Assembly (NCBI GenBank): GCA_050331735.1 | Contig: JBHJGN010000013.1 | Span: forward strand, 1 to 47,455 | Source: Cyanophyceae cyanobacterium | GTDB lineage: Bacteria > Cyanobacteriota > Cyanobacteriia > Cyanobacteriales > JBHJGN01 | Length of the DNA stretch: 47,455 nucleotides | Direction: 5' to 3' | Part shown: positions 41,001 to 47,455 of the stretch, piece by piece | Position numbering within the stretch: position 1 is the first letter of the stretch | How the letters are laid out: the number at the start of each line of letters is the position of its first letter | Translations under genes and position numbers: made by a program | Notes under the pieces: model-generated | Told to the model about the DNA's origin: nothing | Seen by the model: the letters and a program-made list of their open reading frames with translations, nothing else | Databases searched by the model: none

Positions 41001-41199
41001 GGAGGCGATCGCCTTGGATACGTACCTCTGAATTGTTTGGGAGAGTGCGATCGGGAACAATTTGAGCCGCTACTCTTCCAGGCAGCGTTAGAAAAATTAG
41101 CGGTAACAGCAGACTGTCTCGCACCACCGCTGAAAATAATCCTAACTGTGGGGAGATGGGCCTGGTTGAACGAGCCTTAGAGATGTTAGACTGCAACAC
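38035..41199 (-). CDS. Filamentous haemagglutinin-like (TpsA) exoprotein
   Basis: AQIVPDRTL, NLYHSF, NIITRVTG, INPNGIIFG, Gly-rich beta-helix repeats, C-terminal FVITGRGGLP...EAQGW. Confidence 0.92.
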   Translation of the reverse strand: MLQSNISKARSTRPISPQLGLFSAVVRDSLLLPLIFLTLPGRVAAQIVPDRTLPNNSEVRIQGDRLLIDGGTEADSNLYHSFDEFSVPTGTAAWFNNGTKIKNIITRVTGNNLSTIDGLLGANGSANVFFINPNGIIFGPNAQLAIGGSFVGSTAESILFEDDQNFSASPTDAPLLTIKAPIGLQMGQAPGAIQVQGNGSQGAFALNESPNLGLTAAPNRTLALIGGEIAFDGGVATVPDGTLELAGVAQGNVDFASTAIGWQWGYEEVAQFGNIRLSDRSLLANPNFSPNPEGGIHLTGANIILDNSQIGSVTLNQGTGGDITLSATESVSVEGANEAVFPFSSVVTTIVNEGTSGNGGQIRVTTPRLSLQDGGRLYTLSFGEGKAGKVTVAADSVLITGFTPFVDNFFQPGNPPNSRIASANFSTGAAGDVEVSANQLTLLNGGQIGTQAGPTATGPGGNINVNVSDTISAIGANFLAPTVALSSLIASQSLGAGASGAVRVTTQHLNVQDGAVVGSLVLGTGESKAVTVVATASTSVLQGGVIGTITVGPRDGGNVSLSTGRLKIRDGAGISSFSSSTLTDFGITNLVPGAGTGNAGHVGVNATESVEIVGISPSFNISSLGSLAFGSGNAGDVSVSTPQLLLEDGGYITSAAALGISALGEPFPGTGTGNGGDVTVNAETIVINGSAPFIATPSLLGTSSFGFGNVGNTLVNTSQLVVRDGGQISSSTSATGDAGKLTLNADDILVSGTDATGAPASISANALILSEVVREALALPPVPTGDTGELIINTDSLTVTDGGNITVQHPGTGDAGTLMVNAESVLLDRGGSITAATAFGQGGNILLNVQDLLQLRNGSQVTAEAGGTGNGGNISIDVDFTAVFEESAITANTFEGLGGNVNINTQGLFLSPDSAISASSQLGVDGVVEINNPEVEAESGLVELPESPVNLAALITTRCAAAENSFVITGRGGLPETPTQLRGQSVWLDWRSLDGATSLSERFASRDEDRPDQNPSASLIEAQGWTINARGNMELLATVPTTAQPQFKTASCRM

Positions 41200-41382
41200 T
41201 GCTAATTACCAACCTGTTTCTACGTGCATTGTAAGAGGCGAGGTCGGTTAGCTAAATCCGTGCATCTGCGGAAGTTTGTGCCAGCCATCGTGGCGTTTTC
41301 GGCGATAGTAATGTCGTGGAGAGAGTTAAAATAGCAGGCAAAGCAGAAAAATACTGAAAAGTCAAGCTATCGATGCGTAGTT

Positions 41383-41437
41383 AGGGAAAAGGGGAAATTG
41401 TTCCCGTCGGAACGGGGAAAGGGTAAGGGGGAGAAGG
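41383..41437. repeat. GGGGAAA heptamer repeat with hairpin insert
   Basis: GGGGAAATT-GTTCC-CGTC-GGAAC-GGGGAAAGGGTAA. Confidence 0.55.
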
Positions 41438-41442
41438 TCTTA

Positions 41443-41577
41443 TCCCAATTAGAAAAAGTCATGAGAGACTTGATGAGTTGGGGAAAAGGGGAAAGAGATG
41501 CACAGCAAGTCTTTCCCTTTGAACCTCTAGCTCTTGGTTAGTTTGGAGAACTGTCTGACTACTTTCGGTCAATGGTT
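41443..41577 (+). mobile_element. MITE copy 3 (diverged)
   Basis: TCCCAATTAGAAAAAGTC...CTACTTTCGGTCAATGGT; shorter G-tract and more substitutions. Confidence 0.8.
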
Positions 41578-41770
41578 TCAGCTCTCTTTGTTTGTGTAGC
41601 AACGCCATTAAGAAATGCTAGCAGCACTGCCTTTTAAGCTCGGGCATTATCAACCAACAATATTTTCTTAGCCTGAAGAAACTGACTGTTGGGAATGGCA
41701 AACTAGTGAAAGGAACCCTGTTTCAGAGCGGGGTCTTTAATGTAAATACGTTATTATTCCCTAAAAAACG

Positions 41771-42145
41771 ATGTCTCAGCTTCCTCCTCTCACTCCAGAT
41801 ACCGTCTGGGCCATTCTTAAAGAAGAAATTGATGATGCAACAGTCAATCAATTGGTATGGCACTGTTTAGGGTATCGTTACAGTCACTCAACTCAACAGT
41901 GGGATACTGCCAATGTTTCCCAAGACTGGCGCGAAGCCTATCCAGAACCTCCAGATTTTATTGCCAATCGCCCGCCCATCGTCAAGCTTACTCGCTCCAT
42001 TCCCAAAGAAAATAAGCAGCTCCTCAAAGAGCAGCTTGGCTTTGAAGGATACAAAATTGGAGAATTTGGACCCAGACAAACCCGCCGTGCTACTGCGGCC
42101 AATTGGTTACTGAGCTATATGCAGCCTAGCCTTAACGGCTCGTAA
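41771..42145 (+). CDS. DUF1823 family protein
   Basis: VNQLVWHCLGYRY, KLTRSIPKENKQLLKEQLGFEGYK, TRRATAANWLL. Confidence 0.8.
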   Translation: MSQLPPLTPDTVWAILKEEIDDATVNQLVWHCLGYRYSHSTQQWDTANVSQDWREAYPEPPDFIANRPPIVKLTRSIPKENKQLLKEQLGFEGYKIGEFGPRQTRRATAANWLLSYMQPSLNGS

Positions 42146-42274
42146 ATAGGGTGTTTTTTGACCCCCTAAAACCATCGCACCATTCTAGTTCTTGTTGACG
42201 ATCTATGATTCATGGCGATCTGGTTCATAGACTCGCGTTCAAAAACTAGGTTTAGGAAGGTTGCCTTTTAAGTA

Positions 42275-42679
42275 CTAGCTAAAGTGATATGTAACTTCTA
42301 GTCTCAGCTTTTGCATCTTTTTAAGAATTTCCTCAAGCATGTTAATTTTGGTGTTAATTTGTTGAATGCGTGAGGTGTTGCCTCCTTTTAGATAGCTTGC
42401 TTCTAGTTTCATAAAGCCAGCTTTAATTGTTGTTAGTTCTCTCTCAAAAAAGAACAGAATGACTTTGAGCTTAATTGAAGCCACATGATTGTCAGAAAGA
42501 GTGGGGGCAATAAATTCCTGGTCATGAATAAGTTTGTGAATATACTCGTTAATAGGGAGCTGAACTTCTTTGGCTCCCGCCCACAAAATTTCTTTAGAAA
42601 TAGTCATTTCAATGAGTCTTTTATTTAAGTGCTGATTGACCATAGAAATAAAAATGCTGGCTAACTTTTTTGAAGGCAT
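42275..42679 (-). CDS. Hypothetical protein, AT-rich (start uncertain)
   Basis: 134-codon ORF in an AT-rich tract; no recognisable motif. Confidence 0.5.
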   Translation of the reverse strand: MPSKKLASIFISMVNQHLNKRLIEMTISKEILWAGAKEVQLPINEYIHKLIHDQEFIAPTLSDNHVASIKLKVILFFFERELTTIKAGFMKLEASYLKGGNTSRIQQINTKINMLEEILKKMQKLRLEVTYHFS

Positions 42680-42801
42680 TGGGTAAATAATACAAAGTTA
42701 TATTGGCACATAGGTAAAGTTATGATAAAAGTTTGTTTGGTTTTCTTGAAGCTTGTGTGAATCTCATTTAATCCTGTGTGCTTTTAGAGCTGGAAACTTA
42801 A

Positions 42802-43971
42802 ATGGATAATTCTACTAATGCTTATGCTTGGATAAAAAAATCTTTAGATACGGTGCGTCGCGCTCACTGGTATCGTTCGGTAAAGCCCATAATTCGTCCG
42901 GGCGCTGTCGTGCAGATGGCAGGAGGTTCACTGCTCAATTTTGCCAGCAATGACTATCTAGGACTTGCCGGAGATCGCCGCCTGATTGAGGCAGCCGTGG
43001 CGGCTACTCAAGCAGGCGGCACCGGCAGTACTGGCTCTCGACTGCTAAGTGGACACAGACAGCTTCATCGGAACCTAGAACAGGCGATCGCCGCCCTTAA
43101 ACAAACAGAAGATGCGCTAGTGTTTAGTTCTGGCTACCTGGCCAATATCGGCACGATTCCCGCTTTGGTCGGCCAGCGCGATCTAATTTTGGGCGATCGC
43201 TTCAATCATGCCTGCCTCAAAAACGGTGCTCAGCTCAGCGGTGCCACGGTCATCAACTACAGCCACTGCGATGAGGAAGATCTACGACACAAGCTAACTC
43301 AGCATCGGCAACAATACCGCCGCTGCCTGATTCTGTCTGATACTGTCTTCAGTATGGATGGCGATCTGTGTCCGCTGCCTCAACTGCTGGCATTGGCCGC
43401 AGAGTTTAACTGTATGCTGCTGGTCGATGAAGCTCATGCGACAGGGGTGATGGGGAAAACCGGAGCAGGCTGCGTCGAGCACTTTGGCTGTACCGGCAGG
43501 GAACTGGTGCAGGTTGGCACTCTCAGCAAAGCCTTGGGAAGCTTGGGCGGTTACGTAGCTGGTTCCGCTGCCCTGATCGATTATCTTCGTAACCGCGCCG
43601 CAAGCTGGATCTATACAACCGGGCTTTCTCCTGCCGATACTGCTGCTGCTCTAGAAGCGATCGCCGTCCTCAAAACCGAACCGCACCGTCGTCTAAAGCT
43701 GTGGCGCAATACTGAGCAGCTCAAACAGCAGCTTGCTCAATTCAATCTCCTGCCATCGGAGTCGCCGATTCTCTGTGTGGGTTTAGAGAGCGCTGCCCAA
43801 GCCTTGGCGATCGCCGATCAGCTCAAAGCAAATGGTATCTTTGCTCCAGCCATTCGCCCGCCAACAGTGCCGACTAGTCGGCTGCGCTTTTCGGTGATGG
43901 CAACTCACGAACGGGAACATCTTGAGCAGTTAGCCGCAGCTCTGGAGTCGGTTTTAAATCCAATTAGGTAA
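42802..43971 (+). CDS. bioF: 8-amino-7-oxononanoate synthase
   Basis: [42 protein letters not shown]. Confidence 0.96.
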   Translation: MDNSTNAYAWIKKSLDTVRRAHWYRSVKPIIRPGAVVQMAGGSLLNFASNDYLGLAGDRRLIEAAVAATQAGGTGSTGSRLLSGHRQLHRNLEQAIAALKQTEDALVFSSGYLANIGTIPALVGQRDLILGDRFNHACLKNGAQLSGATVINYSHCDEEDLRHKLTQHRQQYRRCLILSDTVFSMDGDLCPLPQLLALAAEFNCMLLVDEAHATGVMGKTGAGCVEHFGCTGRELVQVGTLSKALGSLGGYVAGSAALIDYLRNRAASWIYTTGLSPADTAAALEAIAVLKTEPHRRLKLWRNTEQLKQQLAQFNLLPSESPILCVGLESAAQALAIADQLKANGIFAPAIRPPTVPTSRLRFSVMATHEREHLEQLAAALESVLNPIR

Positions 43972-44632
43972 GAAGCAGAGCAAACAAAGTACAGATTGCA
44001 ATACTATCAAACACTCCCGCACCGCCGATACTCAAAATTCCAGTACTGCTGCGCTCGCTCTTTTTGAGGTGCAGCAAATCCGCACCAATGAGAGTGCCAA
44101 GAATCCCGCCAGCAAAAGTAACAGAGGGAGCGAGCGGTTCGGCGATGAGAACGGCACTAATCGCGGCGGTGAGGGGCGGAATCATGGCATTGATTTGGAC
44201 GCCGATAGCGGGGACAATTTGGGCAGACAAGTAACTAATAGCGGTAACAATTGCGCCGACAGAAACGATCGCAACGGCATCGGAGCGAGTCAGGACGTAA
44301 ATAGCCAAAAGAGGAGCAATTAAACCACCGCCAACGTTGAGAGCAACAACCATTTGCTGTCCAACTTTTTGCAGGGGAATGCCCCAAAACTGCTGCAAAC
44401 AGATGGCTTCAATGTCGGGAATAAGGGGCGCAGCAGATGGGACTCGATACAGAGGGATGTTGATCGTGCTGCCCATCAACATCGCTGTCAAGACGGCAAA
44501 CGCTCCACCAGGAGAAAAACTAAGCTTAGCTACCAGTATTTCTATCACTCCCACAGCGCTCGCCAACCACAGACAAGGAAATAGGAGGAGAAACAGGAAA
44601 AACAGGAATGGAGGGACAGGGAAATAAATCAT
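43964..44632 (-). CDS. DUF1614 family membrane protein
   Basis: [35 protein letters not shown]. Confidence 0.82.
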   Translation of the reverse strand: MIYFPVPPFLFFLFLLLFPCLWLASAVGVIEILVAKLSFSPGGAFAVLTAMLMGSTINIPLYRVPSAAPLIPDIEAICLQQFWGIPLQKVGQQMVVALNVGGGLIAPLLAIYVLTRSDAVAIVSVGAIVTAISYLSAQIVPAIGVQINAMIPPLTAAISAVLIAEPLAPSVTFAGGILGTLIGADLLHLKKSERSSTGILSIGGAGVFDSIAICTLFALLLT

Positions 44633-44740
44633 GTTTCAGCACCGAGTCTAGAATCGAGCATATACTAGACTCAAAGCGATAGCAATTTGGCTATCGATAG
44701 CGCTCTGATGAAGTTTTTCTAAGATTGCGTTCAGCAATCT

Positions 44741-44766
44741 AAAAATAGCGCCGGAAGGGCGCTATT
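44741..44766 (-). terminator. Intrinsic terminator
   Basis: Minus strand AATAGCGCC-CTTCC-GGCGCTATT-TTT. Confidence 0.65.
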
Positions 44767-44768
44767 GA

Positions 44769-44840
44769 TTAGAAGTCTCGCTGAAGTTCGTACAGATAGG
44801 TCATGCCGAACGCCAGCGCTAAAATTAAGATTAGATGCAT
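44769..44840 (-). CDS. Candidate 23-aa hydrophobic microprotein MHLILILALAFGMTYLYELQRDF
   Basis: ATG...TAA, single TM-like segment, terminator immediately downstream. Confidence 0.45.
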   Translation of the reverse strand: MHLILILALAFGMTYLYELQRDF

Positions 44841-44981
44841 TGATGAGCTAGAACTCTCACGATTGGCAGGCGTAGCAGTGCAAGGGTGCAGTACAGCAGA
44901 TTTTTAAACTTATTGGTTTTGTCTGCTTAAATACGCTCACCATTTCTATGGTAACGTTTATAACTCTCGGTGGCAAGCTTA

Positions 44982-45130
44982 TACCAATTAGAAAAAGCAA
45001 TAGGAGACTTGATGCGTTGGGGGAAAGGGGAAGGGGTCAAGGGGAAAGGGACGCACAGCAGCTCTTTGCCCTTGAACCTCCAATGCTTGGTTAGTTTAAG
45101 GAACTATCTGACTACTTTCGGTAAATGGTA
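44982..45130 (+). mobile_element. MITE copy 4 (complete, 149 bp)
   Basis: Same TIRs; TTA duplicated at 44979-44981 and 45131-45133. Confidence 0.88.
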
Positions 45131-45307
45131 TTAGCCTCCTAAAAAGCTGTTCAATTTCTACCAGCCATCCTGGATTAGCCAAGCCAGCTATCTGCACAGC
45201 GGAGCGAGCAGGCTGGGCTGTTCGGCTGTGCCGAAATCCTGAGTGTAGCCCTCTATAAACCCCTCGAAGTCAATGCTGCTACCATTTTCCCCTGGGCCTG
45301 CGGCGCT

Positions 45308-46291
45308 TTATTTAGTTTGAAAAATATTCTGCACCATCTTCTTATCAACCCTCGCGGCAGCGCGGTCTAGTTCTTCAATTTCGCCCTCATCGAGTTGCCA
45401 TCCCAACGCTCCTAGGTTCTCCTGTGCCTGCTGCACCGTCTTAGCACCGGGAATGGGAATAGTGCCTTTACAGATACACCAGTTCAGCGCCACTTGAGAC
45501 ATGGTTCGATCGCGCGATCGCGCTACTTCCCGCAAACAGTTGAGCAGCGGCGCAGCACCGGGCAGGAGCTGACGAAACAATAAACCACGCAGTCCTTTCG
45601 GGTACGACCCTTGGGAGTATTTTCCGGTTAAGAGACCCAAAGTCAGAGGGCTATAGGCAATTAGGTGGACTCCGAGTTCGTCGCAAACGTCTTTGATGCC
45701 CTGCTCAGCGACTAGAGTCGTAGACAGCAACGAGTACTGAATCTGGAGCGTTGTGATGGGAACGCCGCGATCGCTAAATTTCTGATGAACCTTTTGCAGC
45801 CGCTTAGGTCCGTAATTCGACAGGCCCACCCCTTTCACCAGTCCCTGTTCGTACACCCGAGCAAGACCCTTCAACAGCGCGTTCTCCTGCCAAGGGGCAT
45901 AGTTTGCTGTAGACCAGTGCATCTGCACCAAATCTACTCTTCCCAGCCGCTGCGCAGACGCTTGACACGCTCGCACCATCGACTGGGGCGTTAACCTCCA
46001 GGGGTACGCCGCTAACTTTGTGGCTAGGCAAATTTGAGACTGATTCGCTCCCTGATACTCTTGGGAAAACTGTCCGAGGAGAGTTTCACTGCGACCATTC
46101 AATCGTCCCGTTCCATAGGAGTCGCCCGTATCAAATAAAGTTGCGCCTTTTTCAACGCACAGATTAAACACCGCCTGAAGCTGCTCGTCCATGCTCTTGT
46201 CGTAGCCCCACAGGAGGCGATTGCCCCAAGCCCAGGTTCCGCAGCCCATCGCTGGCAATGATATTGAACTAGATATCTTTTCAGTCTGCAA
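45308..46291 (-). CDS. Aldo/keto reductase
   Basis: GCGTWAWG, FDTGDSYG, LATK, VGLSNY, IAYSPL, IPIPGAK. Confidence 0.93.
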   Translation of the reverse strand: MQTEKISSSISLPAMGCGTWAWGNRLLWGYDKSMDEQLQAVFNLCVEKGATLFDTGDSYGTGRLNGRSETLLGQFSQEYQGANQSQICLATKLAAYPWRLTPQSMVRACQASAQRLGRVDLVQMHWSTANYAPWQENALLKGLARVYEQGLVKGVGLSNYGPKRLQKVHQKFSDRGVPITTLQIQYSLLSTTLVAEQGIKDVCDELGVHLIAYSPLTLGLLTGKYSQGSYPKGLRGLLFRQLLPGAAPLLNCLREVARSRDRTMSQVALNWCICKGTIPIPGAKTVQQAQENLGALGWQLDEGEIEELDRAAARVDKKMVQNIFQTK

Positions 46292-47234
46292 TTACCTCTC
46301 CCTCGCCATAAGGAACGACGCCATCATTTTTATTGGCTACAGCAATCAAATCTTCCACGTTAATCAGCATGGTTTTACAAATATCATCAAGCGGCAGATC
46401 GTTGGGATCGTGACCGAAGGGATTTTCGATTTCGATGCCGATTTCCTCAATCCCAAACACAGAAAAACTAATCACACCCACAATTAGCCCCGTCCACCAT
46501 CCTAGCTCCGCCACGACTTGAAACGGCAAGGTTAGACAGTAAATGAGCAATAGCTGCTTGATGTGGATCGAATACGCTAACGGCAGCGGGGTTTTCAAAA
46601 TCCGTTCGCAAGCGCCCAAAACATCGACCATGATATCGAGCAACTTGAACATCGCCGTAAGCTGATAGGCATTAACGCACTGACGTTCGTACTGTTGCTG
46701 AAGATAATCTCCAATCCACAGCGCAATTTCTAACGGCGGGTGATTCATGTGCTGAAGCAGCTCATATCTGCGTTGAGGCATTAAAGCTGTTAGCTCACGA
46801 TTGACCATTTCTGAACGCAGATGCAGCTTTGTAGCAACCGCAAAAGCAACCAGTAACCGCAACGCCGCTACTTTCTGTCGTCTATCTTCGGGTTCAGGAG
46901 CTACAATCGTCACCCATATCGTTCGCGCTAAATTTCGGACCGTATTAACTAACGTTCCCCACTGTTTGCGACCTTCCCAAAATCTTTCGTAGGCTGTATT
47001 GGTCCGAAAGACAAGCAGTAGACCCAATACAATACTGGGCACAACGCTACTCAAGATGGGCAAGGAAACATTGAAATTGAGCCAGTGAAGCACAGAGATG
47101 AGTACGCCAAATCCGGTACACAGCGCGACCCTAGGCGTAATGGCTGGAATGACCGAGCATCTCAAATTGAGCAGCACCCGAAACCACTGGCGCTTACTTC
47201 GCTCCCAGGTTGGAACTGATTGAGGTCGCTTCAT
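46281..47234 (-). CDS. Bestrophin family (YneE/UPF0187) channel
   Basis: LLVFRTNTAYERFWEGRKQWG, CERILKTPLP, EIENPFGHDPNDLPLD. Confidence 0.92.
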   Translation of the reverse strand: MKRPQSVPTWERSKRQWFRVLLNLRCSVIPAITPRVALCTGFGVLISVLHWLNFNVSLPILSSVVPSIVLGLLLVFRTNTAYERFWEGRKQWGTLVNTVRNLARTIWVTIVAPEPEDRRQKVAALRLLVAFAVATKLHLRSEMVNRELTALMPQRRYELLQHMNHPPLEIALWIGDYLQQQYERQCVNAYQLTAMFKLLDIMVDVLGACERILKTPLPLAYSIHIKQLLLIYCLTLPFQVVAELGWWTGLIVGVISFSVFGIEEIGIEIENPFGHDPNDLPLDDICKTMLINVEDLIAVANKNDGVVPYGEGEVIAD

Positions 47235-47246
47235 GAAAATAATGAA

Positions 47247-47305
47247 TTGTGTCGATTGTTGATGGATGATTGTTGATTGTTTCTATTAACCATCAACAAT
47301 CAACA
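47247..47305. repeat. Inverted TTGTTGA heptamer repeat hairpin
   Basis: GATTGTTGATGG...CCATCAACAATC. Confidence 0.6.
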
Positions 47306-47331
47306 GATGTTCTTGTGACTTCTCCCGGCGT

Positions 47332-47454
47332 TCATCCTGCGGACAGAGCGCGGGCTTCTTCCTTCACACGGTCTTGTCTAGACTGAGTTGTTAGCTCAAT
47401 CCCCGACAGCTCCCATCCAGAAGCAATTTCGATTGCCCATAGACCCCGGGCACA
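47332..47454 (-). CDS. Possible 3' end of a gene running off the window
   Basis: Open frame CARGLWAIEIASGWELSG...ALSAG* reaching the window edge. Confidence 0.35.
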   Translation of the reverse strand, partial: CARGLWAIEIASGWELSGIELTTQSRQDRVKEEARALSAG

Positions 47455-47455
47455 A

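Overview
Cyanobacterial chromosomal window: HIP1 GCGATCGC is abundant, and crtB/pds, ycf37 and cyanobacteria-typical DUFs are present. Housekeeping genes include trpS, metF, pth, xseAB, crtB-pds, rplT-rpmI and bioF. Accessory content includes an internally deleted acs pseudogene, rtcB, two tandem FHA-GGDEF-EAL genes, a small polysaccharide cluster with a degenerate AAA ATPase, and a four-gene operon encoding a TpsA-like protein, an exported TPR-CHAT protease, DUF928 and a CHASE2-GGDEF protein. Non-coding features are four copies of a ~150-bp MITE with 3-bp TWA target duplications, hairpin-decorated heptamer repeats, and a helically phased array of DnaA-box-like motifs beside an AT-rich tract upstream of DUF2811. 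Three candidate micro-ORFs fall below the ORF track's length cut-off. No rRNA, tRNA, CRISPR array or transposase was recognised. All family assignments come from recalled motifs, not database searches.
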